Source: an uncultured Candidatus Saccharibacteria bacterium
GTDB taxonomy: Bacteria > Patescibacteriota > Andersenbacteria > UBA10190
Direction: 5' to 3'
NCBI GenBank assembly: GCA_964610055.1
Contig: CAZSUC010000001.1
Location: 6,021 to 70,020, forward strand
DNA length: 64,000 nt
In this document: positions 47,952-57,308 of the stretch, piece after piece
How the letters are laid out: each line of letters starts with the position of its first letter
How positions within the stretch are numbered: position 1 is the first letter of the stretch
Translations under genes and position numbers: made by a program
The notes under the pieces: model-generated
The model's input: only the letters and a program-made list of their open reading frames with translations
Databases searched by the model: none
Told to the model about the DNA's origin: nothing

Positions 47952-49943
47952 ATGACCTCCCAAACTACTACTCACCCCTTTTCACTCATCGCTCCCTACA
48001 AACCAGCTGGTGACCAACCTCAGGCTATTAAAAAACTTACTCGCGGCCTAGCTCAAGATTTTAAACGTCAAACACTTTTAGGTGTTACTGGTTCCGGCAA
48101 AACCATGACCATGGCTTCCGTTATTGAGCAAACTCAAAAACCCGCCCTAATTATCAGCCACAATAAAACTCTTGCTGCTCAACTTTCTCAAGAATTTCGA
48201 GAATATTTTCCTCACAACTCCGTCTCTTATTTCGTTTCCTATTACGACTATTATCAGCCAGAAGCCTATTTACCACGCACTGATACCTATATTGCCAAAG
48301 ACGCCAATATTAACGATGAGATTGATCGTCTTCGTCACGCCACCATGGAAGCTATCCTTACTCGTCCCGACGCTATTGTTGTTGCCTCCGTTTCTTGTAT
48401 TTACGGACTTGGCAGACCAACCTCTTATCTCAACCAACGTCTTCACCTTGAAGTTAACCAGCCAGCCAATCGTCGCGATATTCTTGCTCACCTCACCCGC
48501 CTCCAGTACCAACGCAATGACACTGATCTCACACGCGGCGCTTATCGAGTGCGTGGTGATGTTATTGATATTCATCCCGCCGGCGAAGAGTCTGTCTTAC
48601 GTATTGAAATTTTCGGCCCTAAAATCGATCGCTTAACATATCTTGATAGTCTCACTGGCGAAGTGATTAAGGCCACTAACACTGCGCTTGTCTTTCCTGC
48701 AAAATTTTTCCTCGCCGACTCTCCGCAAACCAAACTCGCCATTGACTCAATCCGACACGAATTAGATGAGCGCATTCTTCAATTGAAAAAAATTGGCAAA
48801 GAAATAGAAGCTCAGCGCCTTCTCCAACGCACCACCTACGATTTAGAAATGCTGCAGGAACTAGGCTACGTTTCTGGAATTGAAAATTATTCTCGTCACA
48901 TGGATGGCCGTACTTCCGGTGAACCTCCCTCTACTCTTTTAGATTATTTCCATCATGCTTATGGATCAGACGGATTTCTAACCTTCATCGACGAATCTCA
49001 TATTACTATCCCACAAATTGGCGGCATGCACGCTGGCGATAAAGCTCGTAAAGATACTTTAATTCAATACGGCTTTCGCCTGCCCTCAGCTCGCGATAAT
49101 CGACCGCTTACTTTCAGCGAGTTTGAAGATCGTGTTAATCAAGTAATTTTCGTTTCCGCCACTCCTGGCGACTACGAACTAAACACCAGCCATCAAATCA
49201 TCGAACAAATTGTTCGTCCCACCGGCTTGCTTGACCCCGATATCGAAATTAAACCAACCACTCATCAAATTGATGATGTTATTTCTCAAATCCAAACTCG
49301 CATTCAAAATAGACAACGCGTAATTGTTACCACGCTCACTAAACGCATGGCCGAGGAACTTTCCGCTTACCTGGTCGAAATGGGTTTAAAATCTGCCTAT
49401 ATTCACGGTGACATTGATACCATTGAACGTATCGATATCCTTCGTAATTTACGCCTTGGCACTTATGACATCCTTATCGGTATTAATCTCCTGCGCGAGG
49501 GGTTAGATTTACCGGAAGTTTCTTTAGTTGCCATTATGGATGCTGATAAAGAAGGATATTTACGTTCTGCCCCATCTTTAATTCAGGTCATGGGACGCGC
49601 CGCTCGACACGCTGACGGACATGTTATTATGTACGCCGACAAAATTACAGGCTCCATGCGCCAAGCTATTAAAGAAACAGATCGTCGTCGCCAAATCCAA
49701 TCCGCCTACAATCAAACTCACCACATTACACCTCAATCAATCATTAAAGCAGTAGGGGACAGTGGTTTCTCCGCTAAATCCGACCAAATACATGTGCCAA
49801 ACACACACGATCTCCCTGCATCCGAAAAAAGACGCGTTCTTAAAGAGCTAACCAATAAGATGGAACTTGCTGCCCGCAATCTAGAATTTGAACAAGCCGC
49901 TACTCTTCGAGACACTATTCGCACTTTACGCCTCGGTTCTTAA
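47952..49943 (+). CDS. uvrB: Excinuclease ABC subunit B
   Basis: GVTGSGKT Walker A, DESH box, beta-hairpin and C-terminal UVR domain. Confidence 0.95.
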   Translation: MTSQTTTHPFSLIAPYKPAGDQPQAIKKLTRGLAQDFKRQTLLGVTGSGKTMTMASVIEQTQKPALIISHNKTLAAQLSQEFREYFPHNSVSYFVSYYDYYQPEAYLPRTDTYIAKDANINDEIDRLRHATMEAILTRPDAIVVASVSCIYGLGRPTSYLNQRLHLEVNQPANRRDILAHLTRLQYQRNDTDLTRGAYRVRGDVIDIHPAGEESVLRIEIFGPKIDRLTYLDSLTGEVIKATNTALVFPAKFFLADSPQTKLAIDSIRHELDERILQLKKIGKEIEAQRLLQRTTYDLEMLQELGYVSGIENYSRHMDGRTSGEPPSTLLDYFHHAYGSDGFLTFIDESHITIPQIGGMHAGDKARKDTLIQYGFRLPSARDNRPLTFSEFEDRVNQVIFVSATPGDYELNTSHQIIEQIVRPTGLLDPDIEIKPTTHQIDDVISQIQTRIQNRQRVIVTTLTKRMAEELSAYLVEMGLKSAYIHGDIDTIERIDILRNLRLGTYDILIGINLLREGLDLPEVSLVAIMDADKEGYLRSAPSLIQVMGRAARHADGHVIMYADKITGSMRQAIKETDRRRQIQSAYNQTHHITPQSIIKAVGDSGFSAKSDQIHVPNTHDLPASEKRRVLKELTNKMELAARNLEFEQAATLRDTIRTLRLGS

Positions 49944-49974
49944 CCATCTGCCATGGTAAGCTAAGAACACACCT

Positions 49975-51873
49975 ATGGCTATTTTAGCGATCCTCTTATT
50001 TATCATCCCTGCTTTCACCGGATCTATCACTTGGTTACTCTGGAATTTAGCTCACGAAAAAATCACTATCTTAATCGGCGGAACATTTACTGGGCTTTCT
50101 GTTTTTACTCTGTCTCTTTTTGGACTTTATGTTTTTTTTCCACTCTCATCCACTTTAATTCTTAGTCTTCTTTCATTTTTCTTGTGCATTGGACTGTCTT
50201 TAATTTTAATCGCTTCTCGGCGCCAGATTGATTTAGCCGAACGTTGGCATCATCTTGATTTTGATTACTGGCTTCTTGGCGTCATCTTATTTATTAGCCT
50301 CATCTTTTCTATTATTTCGCCCAAACTCTTACTCGTTAATGAAAACGGCGGACTTTCCACTGGTATTATCAATGCTTATGGCGACGTCGCTTGGCATGCC
50401 TCTAATATTACTTATTTCGTTAATAATCACGCTTTCCCTCCTGAAGACGCTATCTTTGCTGGACACCCCTTAGTCTATCCTTTCCTAACCAACTTTTTCA
50501 GTTCTGCTCTTATGATTAGCGGACTTCCTCTTCACCAGAGCCTCACTGTCCCAGCTATTATTCTTATTCCTCTGCTTTTTGCTTGTTTATATATTTTTTC
50601 CCGTGCCCTCTTGCGCTCATCTTCACCACGCATTTCTGTTTTAATTATTCTTTTGTTTCTTTGTGGCGGCGCCACTCTTGGCTTTACGCGCCTTCCTGCT
50701 GACTTTCAACAAAGCAATTTATCTCTTGGATCATTTTTATGGCATTTGCCACAAGCCGATTATTCCGGGGTTGGCACCAGCACAGATGGTTTTCATTTTC
50801 TTAACCCCAGTACCTCGCTCCTGCTTCCTCAACGCGCTTTTCTCTTTGGTTTACCGTTAGCCTTACTTATTCTCTATCTGTTTATCATCGGCACGACCAC
50901 CTCTTCTCGCCCTCACTATTTCTTTGCTGGTTTACTTGCCGGCACCCTGCCTCTTTTCCACGCTCATACTATTATCGCTCTTATACCCGCTATTATTATT
51001 TTTAGTTTACCCGTCGGATGGCATCGCTCTCATCGTTTTGGTCTCTTTATTTTTGCTTTAACCTCTCTCTGTGTTGGAGCTCCTGGTATCTGGTATTACT
51101 ACACCTTCATGAGCAGCGGATCATCTTTCTTTCGTTGGGATCCCGGCTGGATGTCAACCGGAAATTTTATCTGGTATTGGTTTAAGAACACTGGTTTTTT
51201 GTTTCCTGTCATTTTATCCGGACTTTTCTTACCTGCTCCAAAATTAATCAAAAAACTTACCCTCGCGGGATTAATTCTTTTTATCGCCTCCAATCTTTTC
51301 TTATTTGCGCCATGGGCTTGGGATAATTTTAAATTACTCATCTATTTCTTTATTTTTTCATTACCCTTATTTACATGGACTCTTGCTTGGATCTGGCGTA
51401 AATATACCTACGCACCCTTACATATCGTGCTTGGATTAATTGTCTTGTTCCAAATTTCCGCTGCCACCTTAGATATATGGAAACTCCTATTACCAACCGC
51501 CACTACTTGGGAAGAGTGGAGCCAAAACGACATTGCGGCTGCTGCCATGATCACTCAAACCACCCCAGCCGATGCTGTTATTGCAACTGCTGCTATCCAT
51601 AATTCACCCGTTGTTTTAGCTGGCCGTGCTCGTTATCTCGGCTACACCGCGCACATTTGGAGCCATGGAGGTAACCCTTGGGAACGCGAACAATCCCTAA
51701 AACTATTTTACCAGGGATTCTTAAACACTCTGCCTGACATCGCCGTGGATTATGTTCTCATTGGACCAGCCGAAAACTATCGCTATCGATCCCTTAAAAT
51801 CGCACCTAATTGGCAGCTAGTTGCTCAAAGCAATTCCTACCAACTTTACCAAGTTAATACTTCGTCTAATTAA
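49975..51873 (+). CDS. Large polytopic membrane protein, possibly a PMT/ArnT/YfhO-like glycosyltransferase
   Basis: 632 aa with more than 12 predicted TM helices. The function is an inference from topology only. Confidence 0.3.
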   Translation: MAILAILLFIIPAFTGSITWLLWNLAHEKITILIGGTFTGLSVFTLSLFGLYVFFPLSSTLILSLLSFFLCIGLSLILIASRRQIDLAERWHHLDFDYWLLGVILFISLIFSIISPKLLLVNENGGLSTGIINAYGDVAWHASNITYFVNNHAFPPEDAIFAGHPLVYPFLTNFFSSALMISGLPLHQSLTVPAIILIPLLFACLYIFSRALLRSSSPRISVLIILLFLCGGATLGFTRLPADFQQSNLSLGSFLWHLPQADYSGVGTSTDGFHFLNPSTSLLLPQRAFLFGLPLALLILYLFIIGTTTSSRPHYFFAGLLAGTLPLFHAHTIIALIPAIIIFSLPVGWHRSHRFGLFIFALTSLCVGAPGIWYYYTFMSSGSSFFRWDPGWMSTGNFIWYWFKNTGFLFPVILSGLFLPAPKLIKKLTLAGLILFIASNLFLFAPWAWDNFKLLIYFFIFSLPLFTWTLAWIWRKYTYAPLHIVLGLIVLFQISAATLDIWKLLLPTATTWEEWSQNDIAAAAMITQTTPADAVIATAAIHNSPVVLAGRARYLGYTAHIWSHGGNPWEREQSLKLFYQGFLNTLPDIAVDYVLIGPAENYRYRSLKIAPNWQLVAQSNSYQLYQVNTSSN

Positions 51874-52780
51874 CCTCTTCTCTCCAATAGTTCAAAATAT
51901 CAATCAATGAATCCTGCAACTTAATCTGCGGCTGCCATCCGGTCTCATTTTTTAATTTACTTGCATCACCTACTAAAACCGGCACGTCGCTCGGTCGCAT
52001 CCTTTCCGGATCTTGCTCTACTGTAATTTTAACCTTTGTCTGCTCTAACAACATACTTAGAATCTCACTAATCGCCGTCCCTTGACCCGAAGCGACATGA
52101 TACACTTCGCCCATTTTGCCTGCTTCCATTAATAATCGATAAGCTCTCACCACATCTCGAACATCAGTGAAATCTCGCCGAGCCTCTAAATTTCCGACTT
52201 TTATCTGCGGATCTTGTTTATGTGCTTCAATCCGCGCTATTTGCATAGCAAAATCAGCTGTCACAAATCCTTCTTTTTGCCCCGGACCGATATGGGGGAA
52301 TGGACGCACCCTCACTACCTTCTCCTGAAATTTATCTATTATCATTTTTTCCATTGCCAACTTACTCTCTGCATATGGATTCTTAGGACGTGCCACTTCT
52401 AAATCCAACTCTGGGATCGGCTTACCTTCTTTCCCTATCTCAGCTGTCCCATAAATATCCGCGCTACTCGCTACCATGATTTTAGTCTGCGGACTAACTT
52501 GCTCAATCGTTTCTAGCAAAACCTGGGTTGCTTCAACGTTCACTCGCCACACTAAATCTTTTTGCTTAAAACTTTCTCCTGGCGCGCTGAACGCCGCTAA
52601 GTGCACTAACCAATCTGGCTGTTCTGTCGCTAAATTTTCAACATACGAATCCTTGCTTGTTATATCAACTTCTGGTCGATCCCAGCTTAAAACTTTTACT
52701 TCTGGCCACGATTGTTCCAGCTCTTTTTTTAGATAAGAACCAACAAATCCTTGGCCACCAGTAATAACAACTGTTTTCAT
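51866..52780 (-). CDS. NAD(P)-dependent epimerase/dehydratase (SDR), probably a GDP-4-keto-6-deoxymannose reductase or GDP-fucose synthase
   Basis: ITGGQGFVGSYL Rossmann motif, YAESK catalytic motif, and it abuts gmd. Confidence 0.55.
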   Translation of the reverse strand: MKTVVITGGQGFVGSYLKKELEQSWPEVKVLSWDRPEVDITSKDSYVENLATEQPDWLVHLAAFSAPGESFKQKDLVWRVNVEATQVLLETIEQVSPQTKIMVASSADIYGTAEIGKEGKPIPELDLEVARPKNPYAESKLAMEKMIIDKFQEKVVRVRPFPHIGPGQKEGFVTADFAMQIARIEAHKQDPQIKVGNLEARRDFTDVRDVVRAYRLLMEAGKMGEVYHVASGQGTAISEILSMLLEQTKVKITVEQDPERMRPSDVPVLVGDASKLKNETGWQPQIKLQDSLIDILNYWREEVN

Positions 52781-53778
52781 TAGGCAATAGGCAAACGAGG
52801 CACCTCACCAGATCGCGCTCGCGCAATTTTTTCTAAAGCCGCATCCACCATTCCAGTTACTAATGCTTCAAACTTTACTTCCGGTTCCCACCCTAATTTT
52901 TCCCGCGCCTTTGTCGCATCCGACAATAATAAATCTACTTCCGCCGGACGCATAAATTTCTCATCTTGCACCACATAGTCCTCCCATTTAAGTCCAACAT
53001 GACTAAACGCTAACTCACAGAATTCTTTAATTGAATGAGTTTCACCAGTTCCAATCACATAATCATCCGCTTCATCCTGCTGCAACATTAACCACATTGC
53101 TCGGACATAATCTTTAGCATGCCCCCAATCTCGTTTCGAATCTAAATTTCCTAAACGCAATTCCTTGGCCAATCCTTCCTTAATATACGCTGCGGTACTC
53201 GCGATCTTTTGAGTTACAAATTCAAATCCACGACGAGGACCTTCGTGATTAAACAAAATTCCCGAACAAGCAAACATGTTATAACTTTCCCGATAATTCA
53301 CAGTAATCCAATGGCCATACACTTTAGCTACCCCGTATGGACTGCGCGGATGGAAGGGTGTTGTTTCCTTTTGTGGAGTTTCAACTACCTTGCCAAACAT
53401 TTCTGAACTTGAGGCCTGATAAAAACGTGCGTCTGGTTTCGTTTTTCTAATCGCCTCCAATACCCGAGTTACCCCCACCCCAGTTACATCTCCTGTCATC
53501 TCTGGCACATCAAAACTTGTTTTCACAAAAGATTGAGCGGCCAGATTATATACTTCATCCGGTTGCGCTATTTCAATCGCCCTAATCAAGGATGATGAAT
53601 CGCTCAAATCTGCCGGCATCACTTCGATTTTATCCAGAATATGACGTATGTTATCAAAAGGATCAGTTGCCGAACGCTGCACTATCCCGAATACTTGATA
53701 TTCTTTTTCTAATAATAATTCCGCTAAATATGATCCATCTTGCCCGGTTATACCTGTTATTAATGCTCGTTTTGCCAT
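52780..53778 (-). CDS. gmd: GDP-mannose 4,6-dehydratase
   Basis: [31 protein letters not shown]. Confidence 0.85.
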   Translation of the reverse strand: MAKRALITGITGQDGSYLAELLLEKEYQVFGIVQRSATDPFDNIRHILDKIEVMPADLSDSSSLIRAIEIAQPDEVYNLAAQSFVKTSFDVPEMTGDVTGVGVTRVLEAIRKTKPDARFYQASSSEMFGKVVETPQKETTPFHPRSPYGVAKVYGHWITVNYRESYNMFACSGILFNHEGPRRGFEFVTQKIASTAAYIKEGLAKELRLGNLDSKRDWGHAKDYVRAMWLMLQQDEADDYVIGTGETHSIKEFCELAFSHVGLKWEDYVVQDEKFMRPAEVDLLLSDATKAREKLGWEPEVKFEALVTGMVDAALEKIARARSGEVPRLPIA

Positions 53779-53823
53779 ATTAATGCTTTATCAATTAACC
53801 CTATTCTCTTAGATTAACCATCC

Positions 53824-54759
53824 ATGGCCTCTATCGCAAACTTAAATGGCATTGTCTTAATCGACAAGCCGTCCGGTCCAAGTTCACACGACATCGTTAA
53901 TAAAGTTCGTTACCTCTTAAAACCATCACGCATTAAGGTCGGACATACTGGCACTTTAGACCCATTTGCCCGCGGCCTCTTAATCATCGCCCTTGGATCA
54001 GCCACTCGACTCATCCAATATTCACACACATTACCTAAATCATATTCAGCGACAGCTATTCTAGGCACTTCCAGTTCTACCGACGATCTTACCGGCACAC
54101 TTTCTCCGCTCACCAACGCGCCCTTAATTACATTAGCTGATATTCAAAAAGTTTTACCGCAATTTACCGGCAAAATTGCTCAGACTCCTCCCGCCTACTC
54201 TGCAGTTAAGATTAACGGCCAGCCTCTATACAAACTTGCTCGTCATGGAAATCTCACTGAAGCTCAGCGCAAAGCAGGGGAGAGGGGACGCATCGTTACG
54301 ATATATGATATTCAAATTACTGAGTTTTCATACCCTGAACTGCATCTCCATATTAATTGCGGTACCGGCACATATATTCGCAGTCTTGTTCGCGACATCG
54401 GTAACGCCCTGAGTACTACTGCCTACGTCAGCGCTTTAACTCGTGTAACTACAGGTAAGTTCCACATTTCTGATAATGAAGTTATCCACAATTTATCCAC
54501 AGAAGTTATCCACAATAATATTTTGCCTCCAGAAACCCTTATTGACCACTTACCTAAACTGTATCTTGATCAAAACAGCGTCGCACAATTACAACAGGGT
54601 AGAGCAGTACCAACTTTGACTCCACCCAATCTATCCCCTTACTACGCTATCTTTTCTCCCCAAAAACGCCTCATTGGTATTAGTACATTTGACCCTGACA
54701 CCAATTTGTTACGTCCCAAAACTATTCTCTCCCACCCCTCTGCGCCAATATCCTCTTAA
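53824..54759 (+). CDS. truB: tRNA pseudouridine(55) synthase TruB
   Basis: VLIDKPSGPSSHDIV...GHTGTLDPFARGLL catalytic Asp region. Confidence 0.85.
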   Translation: MASIANLNGIVLIDKPSGPSSHDIVNKVRYLLKPSRIKVGHTGTLDPFARGLLIIALGSATRLIQYSHTLPKSYSATAILGTSSSTDDLTGTLSPLTNAPLITLADIQKVLPQFTGKIAQTPPAYSAVKINGQPLYKLARHGNLTEAQRKAGERGRIVTIYDIQITEFSYPELHLHINCGTGTYIRSLVRDIGNALSTTAYVSALTRVTTGKFHISDNEVIHNLSTEVIHNNILPPETLIDHLPKLYLDQNSVAQLQQGRAVPTLTPPNLSPYYAIFSPQKRLIGISTFDPDTNLLRPKTILSHPSAPISS

Positions 54760-54814
54760 CCCGCCCATCCTATTAATATTTGACTTTATTCGCTCAGCAT
54801 CTCATACTCACCCC

Positions 54815-55084
54815 ATGCCTCAAACAAGTTCAGCCAAAAAGGCCCTACGTAGCAGTGAGCGTAAGCGCGTGATCAACAACCGCTGGCGTCATATTATGCG
54901 TGCTAACATTCGAACCGTTCGTGATGCAATTCAAGCCGGTGATTCTCAAACAGCCACCCAGGCGTTCACAAAAGCTCAACGCATCATTGATCGTGCTGCC
55001 CGCAGAAACATTATTCATCCTACAAACGCTGCTCGCAAAAAATCTCGCCTTCAATTGGCTATTCAAAAAATCGTTGCTAAATAG
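54815..55084 (+). CDS. rpsT: 30S ribosomal protein S20
   Basis: MPQTSSAKKALRSSERKRVINNRWRH... The start is at the internal Met of track ORF 54674..55084. Confidence 0.8.
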   Translation: MPQTSSAKKALRSSERKRVINNRWRHIMRANIRTVRDAIQAGDSQTATQAFTKAQRIIDRAARRNIIHPTNAARKKSRLQLAIQKIVAK

Positions 55085-56000
55085 CCGGTTCCACTAAACC
55101 AGCTATTAACATTAATAAGGCCGTCCGTTCTTGTACGCGGCCTTGTTTAATCGCCAGATTACTTGCTGCAATTTTGCGCATCGCCATCCACCACTCCTGA
55201 GAATTTAATTTACTCGCTCTACCCCAATTTTTTTCCACGACATAAGGATGTATTTTTGCTTCTCGTGAAATATCTGTCGGCCTCTTACCTTGATCCTTCC
55301 CTTGGCTAATTATCCATAACGATCGAAACTGGCTGTTTAATGTTGCCATAATTCTTAATTCAGGCTCACCTTGATCCAAAAGCTTCGTTATGCCTTCTAC
55401 AGCCTGCTGCGCATGCCTCGCTACGATTGCATCCATAACCTTAAATATTTCTGCTTCTATTTGAGTTTCATTATCTTGCTGAACCAAGTCTAACGATATT
55501 TGTTTATGTATAATCGCTAGCTTCTGTATTTCATTCTCAATCCTCCATCGATTCCCTTTATATGCCGAGACTAACCAGTGAATCGCTTTTTTCTCTATTT
55601 CCGCTCCATTCATCTGCACCAGTTGACGCACCCAATCCTCTAACTTAGACCATTCTAACGCCTTGTATTCTCGAGACTTCAATTTTACTAATTCTTTATG
55701 CAATTTTAAGCGCAAATCAGGCTTTCCTTGTTCCCATAAAATTAGACGACTCGTATCCCTATCTGTTGCTATTACTCGTCGTACTTGGTCTTGCTCTTTT
55801 ATTAATAGTCGCAACGGATTATTTACCACTACCAACTCGGACCCCCATAAACTTTGACCACTATCTAACCAGGAACCTAGCCCTTTTTGTTCCAAATCCT
55901 CCTGATTAAGCCAGCGTACTATCGCCTTCTTCTCTTGTGCCAAATCTTGAATTTCATGCCAAGCAGCATAAGTATCTTCACCCCAATAATATTCGGCCAT
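55077..56000 (-). CDS. holA: DNA polymerase III delta subunit
   Basis: YWGEDTYAAWHEI N-terminal pattern, length, and the C-terminal helical domain. Confidence 0.5.
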   Translation of the reverse strand: MAEYYWGEDTYAAWHEIQDLAQEKKAIVRWLNQEDLEQKGLGSWLDSGQSLWGSELVVVNNPLRLLIKEQDQVRRVIATDRDTSRLILWEQGKPDLRLKLHKELVKLKSREYKALEWSKLEDWVRQLVQMNGAEIEKKAIHWLVSAYKGNRWRIENEIQKLAIIHKQISLDLVQQDNETQIEAEIFKVMDAIVARHAQQAVEGITKLLDQGEPELRIMATLNSQFRSLWIISQGKDQGKRPTDISREAKIHPYVVEKNWGRASKLNSQEWWMAMRKIAASNLAIKQGRVQERTALLMLIAGLVEPAI

Positions 56001-56020
56001 TCCTCCCCCTTTCTTAAATC

Positions 56021-57235
56021 TTACTCCGCTGCTCCTGTTGGACTAGCCACTGAAGATTCCGGTACCCACGTTACGGGAATTGATGGATCTGGAGCCATAA
56101 CCCACACCTGGCCTCGAGTAAATGTAATTTCTTCTCCTGTTTCGTCCATGAAATGTACCGGGTCTTTTTTGTTTAATTCATCCTTGCGCCAAGTGCCTTT
56201 TATTTCTTGGCCATCCTGATAAACCATTAACTCACCTGTTCCTTCAATTGACACATCATTATACCCTCCATCCGCCGGCACTGCTGACTGATTGGTTGCT
56301 CGCATAATTACCACAACACTTGGAGCTACTCCCGTCCCACTTTCGGGATCAGTTTGTTCTACCCCTCCCCAATATCTCACATAGCGATTAGTCTCTGGAT
56401 CATATTCATAACTCACTCGAAATTGACCCGGCCAATCCACCGAAAGTGTACCCCCAGCCGGACGTTCTGACATTGGTGCGTCATCTTTAAATTCGTACCC
56501 AGCAAACTGCGTCTCAGTGCGATAACCTAATTTTTGCAATGCTTCCCACAGTCTTTTGTAACTAGTAAATCCATTATATGGAGCCGGTAAAGTATCTTTT
56601 CTATAAAAAGCATCATACGGATTAGTTAAAGCATTCATTGTTTGAAATTCACCCGCCGTAATTCGATTCAAAGCGTGAAAACTACCTCCCCAGTGTGCTA
56701 ATATTGCATCTATCCCATCTGCTAAGAATAAATAATCATGTCGAGCGGATCGAACTGAACCAATTTCAGTTGGTTCACCGCATTGATAAACCGCCATTAA
56801 TCGCGTCACATTACTCACCAAAACCGGTAATTCCCACACCATATCCGCCTTAGCAAATCCAGATACTGGCCGATTAATCGGATCAGAAGCTAGCATTACA
56901 GCAACTGGACGTCTATTAGCGTTTTCACAACTCATTCCTGACAACCCGCTTACTTCCGAACTAATTGTAACTTTTTCCTCTCTCTCTCCGGCCATAGGCA
57001 AATCCCCTCCGGTTAAACTATCGTCTCCACCATTTCGTTGCCCACTACGAGCAGCTACCCAAGCTAAAGCTGCCACTAAAACTAATGCCACCACTACTCC
57101 AACAATTGCCATGATTTTTTTATTCCCTTTTCGCTTCGACCGCTTTGGTCCTTCGTGAAATAAATCCGACTTTAACTCCACCGTTGCCATCGGTCTTGAC
57201 GGCATTTCATTATCTTCTTCACGCCCATCATTCAT
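56021..57235 (-). CDS. DUF3048-domain membrane-anchored protein (YerB-like)
   Basis: TM, then PVAVMLASDPINRPVSGFAKADMVWELPV...TRLMAVY, matching DUF3048. Confidence 0.5.
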   Translation of the reverse strand: MNDGREEDNEMPSRPMATVELKSDLFHEGPKRSKRKGNKKIMAIVGVVVALVLVAALAWVAARSGQRNGGDDSLTGGDLPMAGEREEKVTISSEVSGLSGMSCENANRRPVAVMLASDPINRPVSGFAKADMVWELPVLVSNVTRLMAVYQCGEPTEIGSVRSARHDYLFLADGIDAILAHWGGSFHALNRITAGEFQTMNALTNPYDAFYRKDTLPAPYNGFTSYKRLWEALQKLGYRTETQFAGYEFKDDAPMSERPAGGTLSVDWPGQFRVSYEYDPETNRYVRYWGGVEQTDPESGTGVAPSVVVIMRATNQSAVPADGGYNDVSIEGTGELMVYQDGQEIKGTWRKDELNKKDPVHFMDETGEEITFTRGQVWVMAPDPSIPVTWVPESSVASPTGAAE

Positions 57236-57308
57236 AAGGAAATTGAACTAAAAAATTAATATATGACGGTAGTATACCCAATTCACTCTCATTTACGCCA
57301 ATCACATT

